The notes under the pieces were generated by a model. The model saw only the letters and a program-made list of their open reading frames with translations. It ran no database searches and was not told the origin of the DNA. A program made the translations under genes and the position numbers. Source: Paramecium tetraurelia (Eukaryota). Taken from it: DNA of 64,000 bases. Numbering within the stretch: the stretch's first letter is position 1; the number at the start of each line of letters is the position of its first letter. Shown here piece by piece: positions 11,126 through 25,636 of this stretch. The stretch covers positions 124,001 through 188,000 of the forward strand of contig CT867999.1 in assembly GCA_000165425.1 (NCBI GenBank), given 5' to 3'.

Positions 11126-13506
11126 TCATTTTTATAATAATTAATTACAAATCTCTTTGTTTTTGTAGAATTGCTGCACCATGCTATTCACATCCTCCCC
11201 TCCTTTTTGTGATAGATTCTTAAAATCAGACAAAACAGAGGTTGCAGCCATATTTAAATTCCTCTATTTCAACATCATATCAATCCATTTCTCAAAGTCC
11301 TGTTACATTTTCTCTCGGCTGTGCTTCAACTACGTGCTCATTCTCTCCACTTCTGCCTTCAATTACTTCAATTTATCAAATGATTATTTATAACTATTTT
11401 CATCATAATTTTTATTACATATCCTTCTGTTTGTTATATTCAGCTATTAGTTTCTCCTCCTCCGTGCTTACTTGATTGGGATCACTGCTTACTAATCCCA
11501 GTAATACTTATTCTTTCCTTGTCTATTCGATTTTATCCTTCAATTAACTAATAATATTTCTTTGATTATTAATAAACAACCCTAATTCTTTACTAGTCAT
11601 CATCTTCTCCTGTAATTCCTGCTTTAAGTCTTCCTAAGCTTATGCTTTTCTATAGGATTTTCTGAACATCTCTAAAGCTGAATTTCGATCTAGTAATTAA
11701 TCATTAGAAATATTAATTGGTTCTGATAGCATCCCATTTAATTCTTTGAATTAAGCTGTCGTTGTTTTAGTTATTTGACTCGTTGGTTCACTATCTAAAC
11801 TACCTTGCATAAAATTCTATTTCTTCACTGCAGGTTTCTCAGTGAATATCTGACTTTGTCTATCGATTTCGGCTTGCTTTGGAAATTCAATTGGCTATAA
11901 GATACTGGATGTATTAGCCTATTGAATTTCAGGTTATTCTGAAATAGGTCCTTGCAATACCAACGATTGGTTAGTATTAGAACCTTTACCCTTCTATATT
12001 AAATTGAGTAGTATCATAATTTCATTGTCTCTCTGAATAATTAATTGTTTCAATCTCAAAACCTCATCATTTAATTATTGAAATTCAACTGGATTATTAT
12101 TTGTAGTGATTGCTTATGGTTACTAAGCAACAGGCTAGGAAGAAGCCTTCTTATTTAAATTTTTGAGCATGTGTTTAAGTTAAAAAAAGCACTCGTTCAT
12201 TTTAAGATGGTCATTCACAACCAGAATAGCTGCAGGATCATCAGAATTCAAAAATTCATCTACTTTCTTCTTGCATTCATCAATCTCATAAGATTCCAGA
12301 TGATCTTTAATACTTTATCCTTTTATCATTGCTAATTCAGCCTTCAATTACTAATTCTCCCTTTTCAATTTCTCTATGATAATAAATGGATCGACAGCCT
12401 CATTTCTAGTGACTTTGTTCTTGATATTGGCAACTCTCCCAGCAAATCGACAAGTGCAGATAGATTCAGGCAAATCATCAGGTTCACTAGACATGGTAGC
12501 AATCATTCTTGTTTTACAATTACCACCCAAAGAGTCCTTTAATACAAGAGTCATCAGGGAATCTCTGTATGGAATATGAATGTTCTCGCCATTAGCTTAG
12601 CGATTCAAACAATCAATAACCAATTCTAGAAAATGCAATGACAAATTGATGCCTGTGGCTTCTCTCTGGAGAATGCCTTCAACTCCAGTCTTTCCAATTC
12701 TTTCACTACCACTCAGATCAACCAAACAAAGTTTAGAAACAGTCTTCACATCAGAGGTCGGCTTACGACATTCTAAAATAACAATGAAAATGCAATGAGA
12801 TCTTGTAGATGCATCATTTTTTGGTGTTTCTGCAATAACTCTATTCTATTCTCCTATAAATAGTAGATTTAGAGCATCTTCCTCAGTTTATGCCTTTTTC
12901 AATGACAATCCCTATAAAATAGTTTAGCCATTTGCCGTTGCCATCGCTTAGACCTTTGGCAAATCGTGAAGGTTTCTGGATCGATTGTCTGCGACTAAGA
13001 GATCATATCCAGATCCCCCATATATTTCTAGATAACTAATGGTTACATCGATTATCTAATTTGATATTTGAAATTGAATGTTACTAATTCTTATTCTCTG
13101 CGTGCATAATCATAGATATGATATAAAGTACGAGGGATAATACCTGCAGATGACCTAGCCTCAGGATTACCAGTCATTGAATAGGTTTTACCTGATCCTG
13201 TCTATCCATATGCAAATATTGTTCCATTATAACCTTCAATTACAAGATTGACTTACCTTCAATGGCTGAATCTACTACGTCTTTGGCTATTTTATCAAAG
13301 ATTTCCTCTTGGGTAGTGTCAGTAGGAAAAACCCCAGCAAAATTGAAAGTATGTTTTTCAATTTAGTTATTGATATAACCTTGATCTGGATTCTTAGGAA
13401 TTATGAATTCGGCCATACCCTCATCTTTATTGAGTTTGAAGAGATTTGATGGATTTTTAGTGGGACGCACTCTGAGGAATACATCAATAACAGATGATTT
13501 TGACAT
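11126..13506 (-). CDS. Kinesin-9 family (KIF6/KIF9-like) ciliary kinesin
   Basis: IDVFLRVRP, GYINNQIEKHTFNF, YGQTGSGKTYSMTG, NDASTRSHCIF, VDLSGSER, PYRDSLMTLVLKDSLGGNCKTRMIA. Confidence 0.9.
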
Positions 13507-13594
13507 TTTTAATTATTAATATTAGGAAGTTTCGTTAAGGTGGATGGTTGAGATGATATGGAGAGATGTGTATGCAATTAGAATTAATTAATTT

Positions 13595-14473
13595 ATGTTA
13601 TATTTATTATTGATTCCGGCTCTGGCTTATGTACAAGAATAATATCTGATGGAAATATATAACCAGGTGAATAGCATTAAGGAGTCCATATCTTAATTGG
13701 AATATTATTCAGCCTTAGAGAAATTAGAATGGAAATCTCGATAGGATAGAGAGTTTGAGGAGGAAGGGATGGCAATCTACTTAGAACATTACGCTGATGT
13801 GAGTGAAAAATGGTTACTTTTAGATCCACAAATTACTCAAGCAGAGAATAAATTCAGAAAAAAAGGAGAAGGACAGCCTAGAACTATTTATACACGAGAC
13901 ATACCTAAAAGTGGCAAATCTTCTAAAACGCCTAATAATTGAGAAAGTATCATTTTGTAATTCATTATGCTAGGATAAATTGATTGAGACTGACATAAGA
14001 GAATTGGCGAAATTAAAGCATTAGACTAGAGAGGATACGTAGAAACGATTTTAAGAGTACAATTTTTTACTTGAAAAAATTAAAGAAGGTAAAAATGGAC
14101 AATTAAATAATTAGCGGTTGATTCTCCAAATATTCAAGATCTTTTGAAAACTTTAGAATTATTGGAATCAAAGATAATGATCGGTCTCTTCAAATCCAAT
14201 CCTAGTTAGGAATTGGATTTCTTCATCAAAGGAGTAGATCGATTGTTTAAATAAAGCAACCATTCGAATTCAAAAAATGAGGCTCTGCAATTATTAAGTT
14301 TGATGCACAGTGTTATACAAGAGACCATTATTGAAATGATGAATGAACAGTTGGAATCTTCCTTCGATCTTTTGGATAAAGAACTTTTCTACTCTCAATC
14401 TAAAAGCACCCACTAACAAGCTAAGGAGTCTTTGACTACTCTCCTCAATAAACTTGAAGGTAAGATCGATTGA
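13595..14473 (+). CDS. Hypothetical secreted helical protein
   Basis: Signal-peptide-like MLYLLLIPALAY; tiny introns; ends LEGKID-TGA. Confidence 0.6.
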
Positions 14474-14487
14474 TATCTATTTACAAG

Positions 14488-14697
14488 TCACGGGAGCCAA
14501 TTTTTGGAATGAGCAATTGAAACTTATTGGTGATGAGGATCATTTGATTCAAATTTTGCAGAGTTCCCTTGATTAATCTATGTTGATGAGTAATCGATCA
14601 ATCCAATATCATCAACAACTATCAGACACTCTGAGAGCTATGGTTGGATCGTTTTCTTTAACGCTGATATTTAGTTAATTAATATTTTTATCTCCAT
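14488..14697 (-). CDS. Small hypothetical protein (69 aa)
   Basis: Uninterrupted MEIKILINQISALKK...HSKNWLP-TGA filling the intergenic space. Confidence 0.5.
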
Positions 14698-14754
14698 TGC
14701 AGGAGTATACAATCTATTATAAATATTATTTTTATTGTGATTAAATGGAATTAC

Positions 14755-15628
14755 TCACTAAAGTGGAGTCCAATTGTTAACAAATGGGTTTCTTCTGAAT
14801 CCAAATTTAACACCTGAAGTATCAACATCGTCTGTTAATTTGTAAGGCTTCAATCTGATTTACTCACCTTCAGCAATCTTTTCTTTGTTATCAGCAGCGA
14901 TCCTGGAATATACAACTCAAATTACTATTATTGAACATCGTATCTCTCCCATGGAGGCAATTTATCCAAGAAGTTTCTTCTCACATTGCTCCAAAAGGCC
15001 TCCTCATCGGAACCATGAATGTAAGGATTGTACACCCATCTTCTATCCTTTATTGGAGAATTCAACTGAATTTGTCTTGCCTTTAATTCATAAACTTCAA
15101 ATCATACTGTCAAGATCTCCTTCTCTATGTCTGACAATTTTCTGTTCAAAACTTCGAAATTTCTAATAAATCTTTCTTTAGATTCTGTGTATCTGGTATT
15201 CACCCACATCAAATCATGACCCAAACCTGAATCACCTCCCTTTCTTCTTGCAGTCGAGTAGTAATCAAACAATTGGAGACTACCGAACACTACCAATGCT
15301 CTGGACACCCACAATGAAGAGCGATGGAGTCTCAGGTAAGGAATGTTGTAGGTCCATCTGGTAATCCAACCATTGCAACAATAAGCAACTCCCACTCCCA
15401 ACATAAATCCTACACCATCATTCTAATTTCCATACCAAAGTTTCTTCCAATATTTCTATGGCCATACAACCAAGATAACTCTTTTGCTTCCTTTGGACTG
15501 AATCCCTCTTCTACCTAAATACGATTCGCTCACATCTTTACCAAGGACTAACAAAGGACATCAGTCTTAAGACGCTTCCAATCGACTGGACCAAAGAATC
15601 TCTCGAAAGTGTGAATGATTATTTCCAT
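14755..15628 (-). CDS. Hypothetical membrane protein with two hydrophobic segments
   Basis: MEIIIHTFERFFGPVDWKRL.., NFGFMLGVGVAYCC, SRALVVFGSLQLFDYY; tiny introns restore the frame. Confidence 0.7.
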
Positions 15629-15644
15629 TTTTATATTTTTATTA

Positions 15645-16875
15645 ATGCCCACTACGATTAATGATTTTATTATAATAGACAAATTGGGAGAAGGCTCCTT
15701 CAGTCAAGTCTACAAAGTAACATCCCCATCACCTATTTTCATAAGGTCAAACGAATCGCAGACAACTAATTTTATGCCCTAAAGAAAGTCAATCTCTCCC
15801 TTCAAACTCAAAACGAAAAACTAAGCACCCTCAACGAAATACGGATCCTAGCCTCCATCAACAATCAACACATCATCGAATACAAGGATTCATTTTTAGA
15901 TTCAGATGGCTGCATTCTCTACATCGTAATGGAATACGCTCCAATAGGCAATCTCATCAAACTCCAACAACAAAACCTCATCACTACCCAAGAAATCTGG
16001 AGAATTGCTGTATAGTTACTCCTAGGATTGAAATGTCTCCATGACAATCAAATTCTCCATAGAGATCTTAAACTAGCCAATATTTTAGTTGTGAATTCTC
16101 CCATAGGTTATTAATATAAGATTGGAGATCTAAACATTAGCAAAATTGCAAAGGGGAATATGGCCAAAACTGTAATTGGAACTCCATGTATTGTTTTACT
16201 CTATATTTAGTGTATGCGGCTCCTGAAGTTTGGCAAGGTACAGCATATTCCTATCCTTGTGATATTTGGTCTCTTGGATGTCTGCTTTATGAATTGGCTA
16301 AGGGAGCACCTCCATTTAATGGCAAAGACTTGTAGGATTTGAATTTGAAAATATAATCAGGACAGTTTGACCCAATAAATAATTAGGATCTTAATCAATT
16401 TATTTCTTTTATGTTGAAAGTCAAACCAAAAGATAGACTAAATTGTGATAAACTCTTATAGTCCTCATTACTAATTAAAAATAGTGGCAATCTGGCTGTT
16501 TAAACTATAGTGGATGGTAAAATATAGATTGATCTACTATAAACAATATAAATACCAAAAAATCTCAAATAGTTAAATCTACCCTCATAAAACTATATTG
16601 CTAAACCCAAGAGATCTGAATCTTGTCAAAAACTCAAAACTTAAAATAGCATCCAAACTAAAAATAATACTAATCAAATAAGTTAGTTACCTCCTAAGAA
16701 ATCAGGGTAAACTGAAATTTAGCAACCTCCTCCATTAGCACCAAATAGAATTGCCAGACCAATTCTATAAAATTAAGCTACTGCTCATAGACATAATCCA
16801 CTCCAAATCACATCCTAAAGAGATCCTAGATAGATAACACGATAAGGTAGTGCAGGACCCTTGAGCAGAAGATGA
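15645..16875 (+). CDS. NIMA-related (NEK) Ser/Thr kinase
   Basis: LGEGSFSQVYKVKR..YALKKV, LNEIRILAS, HRDLKLANI, IGDLNISK, GTP..APEVW. Confidence 0.92.
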
Positions 16876-16942
16876 AATTATCAATTTAAATTAAAGATTT
16901 TATTTGATTATCATAGAGTTAATTAAAATGATATAATATTAA

Positions 16943-18121
<1,179 letters not shown>

Positions 18122-18553
18122 TGTTATTTTTATTATTCCAATTCTATTCAAGGCCATTCAATTTAAGCAATTCCTCTTAATTTAAATCTGATAAATACCT
18201 TAAATTTTATAAATTTATGGTTATTTTATTGGACATGTTATTATAATAACCAAAAATTAATTATTTAATTTCATATGAATTAAGGTTAAAATTGAATTGT
18301 AATGATATAATTTTAGAGTATTCTAATAGGTTTCTGAGGTTTCTTGATTTCAAATTAGAGATCCTTTATTCAATTAGCTCAAATTATTTTTGCACATCAA
18401 TTGCTTAATCTCTGTACTTATATTATAAAATGACCGATATCACTTATAAAAACCTAATGGCTTTAATTTAGTCGGTTTATAGTTATAATATGTGTTTATA
18501 AAATATTAAAAATATATCAGTGGATTAGTATTGATTATATTTTATAATTATTT

Positions 18554-19360
18554 ATGATTGGCAGATTTGTAGGTGCTTCAGTAGGTAAGTGGAATTAGCA
18601 ATTATTTAAGCTCTTTTTGGGTTCGCTGCGTATGGAAGTTATAAAATAAATGAAGCAAAGCAATATAAAGAATTGTACTTTGACACCCTTCCTGATAAAA
18701 GGTAATATTTACTCCAGTAACATTAAAATGCCGCCTATGTTTTTGATCAAAAATTTGATTCCTATGAACAAACAAGCAAAATTGTAATACTATTTTTAAC
18801 CTTAGTCATCATATCGAAAAACTATAGTGGGACTTTGCTCAGGGAAAATCTTAGAAACAGGTGTTGGGACTTCGAGGAATGTTAAGTACTATCCTTAAGG
18901 TAGTGATATAACAGCCGTTGATTGGAGCAGTAATGTCTTGGAGGTGGCATTATTAAAATCAGCATCAAACATTAATATTTCCTATAGATTGGAAGATGTA
19001 GAGAATATGAGCTTCAAAGATAATACTTTTGATACCGTTTTGGACACTTTTGGGTTAGAATATTACCTAAATCCTGAAAAGGCTATATCAGAGATGAAGA
19101 GAGTTTGTAAACCAGGTAAAATGAAATTGTATATATAGGGCGGCAAGATATTATTACTCACATCTGGTAGAAGCACCTATGACATACTCAATCTGTATTT
19201 GGAATACAAATAAGCAAAATACTTATAAACTTTAGGACAATTTTGTAATAGAGATTGGGAATCCATACTTTAGGATCCTGAACTTTTGGTTCTGACCAAA
19301 GAGAGGAAAATAAATGGGACAATATATTTCTATGTTTTTGAAAATAACAAAAAACAATGA
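18554..19360 (+). CDS. Class I SAM-dependent methyltransferase (OMS1/METTL7-like) with an N-terminal hydrophobic segment
   Basis: ILETGVGTSRN, ITAVDWS, DVENMSFKDNTFDTVLDTFGL..EMKRVCKPG. Confidence 0.85.
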
Positions 19361-19465
19361 GTTTTATAATAACATAATTATTCATCAAATATATTATGAT
19401 ATTCCTGAAGAATACTAAATTTAAATAAGAAATTATGTTATAATTAGTATGAAATTAATAATATT

Positions 19466-20571
19466 TCATAATTAATATAGTCTTTCTTTTTCAAGTCCAA
19501 CGAAAATTTATTCCATTGCTTTACCCAATTAGAAACCAAAATCACTCCATTTTCCATACTTCCAATCATCAACAGCTGCGAATATCTAAAGTAATCAAAA
19601 TATATGAATACCTCTTAGTAAATGTCCTTTCCATTAATAATTAAATCTTTTCCAATATGATAGACGAATGAACTTGGATTGGATAAGGCTTCAATTAGGT
19701 CTTTGATTTTTTCAGCCAACTTCACAGCTTCTTGAGAAGAAGACTAGCAAGTCTCAAGAGCCTTTGGGAACTCAGAGATACCCTCTACAAAGGATTATAA
19801 AGCCTAGATGACACTTGAGACGGAACCATCTTCCAATAGTCTAACAGCCTTTTCAAAATCTATCACAATTCCACCAGCAACATTTAGGAGCTTTAATGTC
19901 CTTGGCTTTGATTCCACTTGCATCTACAATTCCATCAAGTAATCCCTCAAATATTATTCCTACGACTTCATCATCAAGTATAACAGCCTCAATGTTTTTG
20001 GTTTCCTTAAGTAACTAAACCAGAACAAATCCAATCTATTTTCCAAAATCTTCATATATTTCTGATTTCCAGTCTTTTATAGCGGTGCCTAGAATTAGAT
20101 ATAGAAATTACTAATTTCCTAATAGATGTCTAGTCCATTAACAATTAAATTATAACCGATTTTATATGAGAATGTCCAAGGGTTTCTCAATTGTTCAAGC
20201 ATGTTGGTGAGAAGTTCTATTGATTAATATAATGTATACTTGACAAGGCCACCATTTCTTCAGAACCAGATTCACATGCAGTGATAGCATCTGGAATTTA
20301 TTGAATGGCTACTCCGATTAATTTGATTCCTTCTTTAACTCCATCAAAGGTTTAAGATTCTAAATTTGTGATAGCCTTCACGATGTTTTCTATTAATGCT
20401 TCTGAGTCATTTAAGCAAGACACAATTTCTTTGACTTCTACGTGATCATCAACTTACACTCCTTCTACCACTCCTTTAACAATAAAATAGACATCTTTAG
20501 CATGAATGTCTACCTATTAAGAATTCCCTAACACTAAGAGTGTTAAGACCGTCAACAGTGTTGTTTTCATA
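19466..20571 (-). CDS. Secreted protein with two internal helical repeats; frameshift near 19888
   Basis: Signal peptide MKTTLLTVLTLLVLG; repeated NG.DIY.EI..A..DW....DFG..G motif. Confidence 0.7.
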
Positions 20572-20773
20572 AGTTTAAATTTTATAATAATGATTAAGAT
20601 TTAATCGATTATAATCAGTTAATTATATACCTAAAATTAGAAAAACTTATAATTATTTAAATTTTTTCAATTTAAAGATGTATTTGGATTTTAAACAAAA
20701 TTTTGAGCTCTTTTAAGTTTCTTAGTTATAATTTTGATATTAGATAAATTAATATATATTATTTAATATTTAA

Positions 20774-22349
20774 ATGTAAGATAATCGGAATAATGATATT
20801 AGAAATATCAAAATTCAATAAATATAAGAAGGTAAAGGAGATCTAAATTTTTAGTTTCTCAGTTGATAGTATCAAACAAAATTTTTGAAGCTATTGAAAT
20901 ATCTAAAATGATAATATTGGAATCCTAATTTAATGAATAAGAAGCTTGCATACTCTTATGTAAAGATCAAAATGATTTTAGAAAACTTTTTAACAACATG
21001 TTATATAAGAGTTTAGTTGAATGAGAAATAAAAGTGTTTTGAGTAAATATTGGAGTTGTATGATTTAACAATTTAGAAATATCCTTCTGAAAATGAGTTT
21101 TTACACATGAAAGGTAAGAATATTTATTGAGCAAATTCATAGCAACAGTATTACTTAACTTCAACAAATTAGATGAGTCATTGGAACTTTGTGATTAAAT
21201 AATTTCCCAAAGTCCTCAGTAATTAAATGGATATATTTTGAAATGTATTCATATTATTATTTTATTTAGCTAAGGTTTTAATTTAATGTGGTAAATTAGA
21301 CGAAGTCATAGAGTTGTGGAGATAATGTGTTTAATAATTTTGTGAAGTTCCTGAAGTATATCGGTTTCTAAGTCTTTTATAATAAAATTTATTTAGTTAT
21401 AGCATTAGAGAGAAAAAAATATTACGAGGAGCTAGTTACAGTGTGTAATAAGGCTATATAAAAGTTTCCTGATAAACTATTATTTTTGGAAAAAAAAGGT
21501 TTGAATTTCATAAAATTAATAGGTGAAATTTTACACATATAGAAATAATATCTTCCAGCCATTCAAATTTTTGATGAATTAATTCAGAAATAAACAAAAT
21601 AAACACAATATTATGAAATGAAAAGTTTTAATAACTAAATAATTTTAGTCAAGTCATTGACAAAATATAAGAAGCAAGTGTCAAAAAATCTTCGAGCCGA
21701 TAATATAGAAGATGAATTAATTAGAATATAGGGTAATTATAAATTATTTATTCAAGACTCAATTAATGGATAAATGAAAATATGTTATACTTAAGCGCTA
21801 CAAGAAACAGATAACGAATGCTTAGAATTAGAGAGAAGTATTTTTCCAAATGATATTTTCAGTAAAATTCTTATTAGAGATTAATGAAGTACAAGAAGCT
21901 CGCATATTTTTGGATAACATGATTAAGAAGTATCCAAAAAATATAGAGGCATATCTATATAAAGGTATTAGAGAAATTTATTTAGCAAATATCTTAGAAG
22001 ACGAGAAAAGTTTTGATAAAATCATAGATTTATTCGATGAAGCCATCTCTTTATAACCTGAAAATGTTTAATTATATGAGAATAAGGGTAATATTATATT
22101 CTTTATAACTTTAGCTCGACACTTAGAAAAATAGCAAAAATGGGTTGAAGCTTTAAAATGCATCAATCAAGCTTTATCAAAATCTCCAGATTCTCTTCAT
22201 TACTATTTATAAAAATGTACTACAGAAAATTATTTTTAGTTAAACCGTTACAAAAGCTGAATCTTATTAAGACAGCTAGATAATGTTGTAGAATGATTCC
22301 AAATGTTTATTATGATACAGACCAAGAGATGGAGCAATGTGACTTTTGA
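20774..22349 (+). CDS. TPR-repeat protein with many introns
   Basis: Repeated TPR-like helices (LDNMIKKYPKNIEAYLYK, LFDEAISLQPENVQLYENK, CINQALSKSPDSLHYY), with introns at repeat boundaries. Confidence 0.75.
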
Positions 22350-22436
22350 TAATTTGATAAAATAAAATTATTTTAATTAATTAAAATAGAAAAGTGAATT
22401 CAATAAAGTACTTAAAACTTATCAATTTTATACATT

Positions 22437-23236
22437 TCATCTATTTAAATTTTCAACTGGAGGAAACTTAAATTTATATTTGATTAATTACATCAAATTC
22501 TGGTAAACATGGAGTATTTTCAGTTATTGTTATTGAGCCCAATCCTTTTCTTGTTAGTTTAACCTATCCACAGCCATGAAGTCTTATTGATTTTATTTTT
22601 TAAGGGATATTTCTCCTATCCAAATTTGGGGCTCCTTGACAAAGTTCCTTCATTGTTCCAGTATAATTACATTCACTAAAAAATTATATGCATTAAATTG
22701 GAATTAGATATATTTCTACGTCCTTTAAACCTATAGATTCTAGAAATGTTATATTTTTATTTACCATTGCCTGCATCCTCATCCAATCCATTGGTAATCT
22801 AAATATTAAAAGAATCTGCAGTATGACTTCCTTATAAAGTTTCCCAAACAACCCCATCTCTATAACCTACTCCACAAGTATTACTTGGTCCCCAATCTAA
22901 AAACCAAGTTCTCTGTGTAACATATCCAGCCACGTTAATCGTAGCTACCTCTGTATCCCATGAATCAACATAGTACATTTTTATCCTCACTTTGATTGCA
23001 CTATGTCTTGGAAGGTTAGAATATGATCCATGTATTTAGCTTCCAGCAGCAGCAATTCCATATCCCCCAATAATAGTTGTACCTGAGCAGGTAGAAAGTC
23101 TATTTCCACTATATGCCCCAGTAATGTACCAATTAGAAGGGAGTGATGAAAATGTTTATTCTGTGAATTGTGTTTTCCATAGACAATAAGGATCTGCCAT
23201 GAAAAACAATATGCTAATCATTGTGATTTCAACCAT
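22437..23236 (-). CDS. Secreted LPxH-DSWD domain + beta/gamma-crystallin-like protein, paralogue A
   Basis: Signal peptide; CSGTTIIGGY, NLPRHS, YVDSWDTE, ESIGLKDVEIY; then CIQFFSECNYTG..L..IKSIRL; two introns. Confidence 0.75.
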
Positions 23237-23570
23237 TGATGTTAGTTTTTTTAAAAATTATTTTATTAAATATGAAAACTAATAAAATCATCATTTAGCA
23301 GTGTTTATTTGAAAAATAAACAATCAAAATTTATCGCTTTTTGAGTGATGGTAATGGTTATAGAATTAGAAATATAAATTAAGCTCTAACTAATTTTGAG
23401 TATTTAAATTAAAATTTGTTTAAAACTATAATTTTAGCATTTGATATAAATTTATTAAGTATAGAATATTTACGAAATGGTTCAATTAAAACTTTACTAT
23501 ATGAGTTTCAATGAGTGTTCATTTAGAATGTGTTTTTTTCTGAGATCAATAATAAATTTATAACATATTA

Positions 23571-23920
23571 TTATAATTGGCTTTTTATGAAATTTCTATT
23601 AGATTTTTCTTATATGTTATGTATCATTAGTGATGCTTAATTTGCCTGGGAAATAAAATTTGGGTTTATTCAACTAATTTTTTCTAAACTGATACTTACA
23701 TTTCTTCAAAAAATCATCCACATTGAGATTATTGTTATTTTATTATTCCTCTAAATTATACCATTGAATGATTTTAATCTATAATTTTTCTTCTTCTTCT
23801 AGGAAGAGATATGTTAAATCTCCTTTCTCTCTGTAATAACTAATTACTTTTAAATTCGAAATCTGTTTGAATTTTATCAGAAAATTAAATTCACCAAAAC
23901 AATCTTTTATATAATTATTT
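23571..23920 (-). pseudogene. Degenerate 3' fragment of XRCC4
   Basis: Aligns by eye to 31198-31610 (aatgtggatga, tttgaagaaa, ttccca blocks) with indels; the LNEKK motif is disrupted and no 5' exons are visible. Confidence 0.7.
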
Positions 23921-24049
23921 TATTAAATCAGTTTTTATAATACAGATTCTAATTGCTACAAATCTTAATTTTTTTTAAATTTCTTTCATAATAATTAGGT
24001 TTGATCATATAAAAATAAAATTTATGATGAATTAAATTACCTAATTATT

Positions 24050-24960
24050 ATGTCTTTATAATTTTTAATATTGATGGATGAAGTTGAGGAAAATTTAATT
24101 TTTCTCAGAATTAGCATCCTTAAAATTTATTAATTACAGTTTTGCTTATATTGATATATTTTACTTTATAATAACATCAATTTATGTAATTTTTATATCT
24201 GAATTCCCGACAAACTCGTAATTTTCAATATTGTCAGACAGCTTTACTTGGCAACTGAACATCAATACTGAAGAACAAAAATTTACCTAAAAGTATTGCA
24301 ATAAGGTTTGGTAAAACTTCTTTATGAGAAAATAAGATAATAAGAAAAGAAACTAATCGTTAGAATAAAATATTACACAACACAATATTTAGCAATTTAA
24401 AAATTATAGAAATACACAACAACAAAAATAAACCAAAAAGAAAAATAAGTTGAAGAAATGGGATCTAAAAAAGCAAAAGAAAGTGCAAAAGTAAAATTTT
24501 GAAGAAGGTTAAGAGAATAATTGAGAAATTAAAATGCTAAAAATGCATTCAATATTCAAAAGAGCGCCATCATAAAGATAATTAAGACTGGAAAAAGCAA
24601 TAGAAAAAAATTCTTTGAATAGAGAGGAAGGACTTTGTGGTTCTTGAATAAAGAATGCATAGATCTATTATTTTACAACATTGACTATTCATGTTTTATC
24701 TGGGTAGGCTCCATCAACAAAGCTAAGCTCTTAGTTATAAATTTCAATTTAATGTAAAATTTCTCTTTATTGTTGATCTTAGCAATTGTACTAGATCTAC
24801 CTTTTTTGATTCCAAGTTAAGAATTTTAGTAGCAATTTGAGCAAATATTACTTTGTTGCCCCTGATAATAGATCGGTGGAAAATCATATCCTGCTAAGAT
24901 TAATCATAATACTTAAATTCAACAGAATAAAATACTTAGTTTGCTTGAAAATAGAAATTG
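24050..24960 (+). pseudogene. Possible decayed gene relic
   Basis: Coding-like purine bias but TGA stops interrupt the frames; no recognisable family. Confidence 0.3.
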
Positions 24961-25636
24961 TAAATAATTCTTGAAATTTATTTAACTAATTTTAACAATG
25001 CAACGGTAGAATTTATATTGAAAAATTTCTTTTCAACAAATATTGTTTAATATTCAAAATATAAATATTATTTTAATGGATGATGATATAAATTAATTGT
25101 TGAACAATATATTTAAAAAATAACTTTTCATAATTAAATATAAATTATCCAGGACTATAATAGCTAGAACAATAATTCTATTGAAATAATTAATTTTCCA
25201 TGCATTTAATTTAGAATTGCCTATATTTCTATAATTTATTTTTAAAATGATTAAGGCTAAATCCATTCTTGTTTTTATGTCAATAACATTATCAATTTTG
25301 AAATTATATAATAATAATGAAATAATAAAAGCTTAAACTCTATTATATTATCCTTTTGAATCTAAATAAGCCCTAAATGTAAAGAAATAAATGAAATTTT
25401 ATCACAAATGATTTGTTGATTTAATATTAATAAATTAAAACTTGCTCTTTAGAAGGGTATCCTTATCAAAGAAAGATAATAATGAATGATAATTTTAATC
25501 TTAATAATTAAATTTTATCAAAATCTTTTATATTATTACAAAATAAATTCTCATTTTTTATAAAAATATAAATCATTGTCTACCTTTTAATGTAATTTAA
25601 TTAACAATTTTTAATTTTTAATTAGATTAAATCATC

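Larger units (their letters stand above)
22314..23920. repeat. Direct duplication, copy 1 (about 1.6 kb); right edge approximate
   Basis: Starts gatacagaccaagagat.. and is colinear with 29950-31610. Confidence 0.9.
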
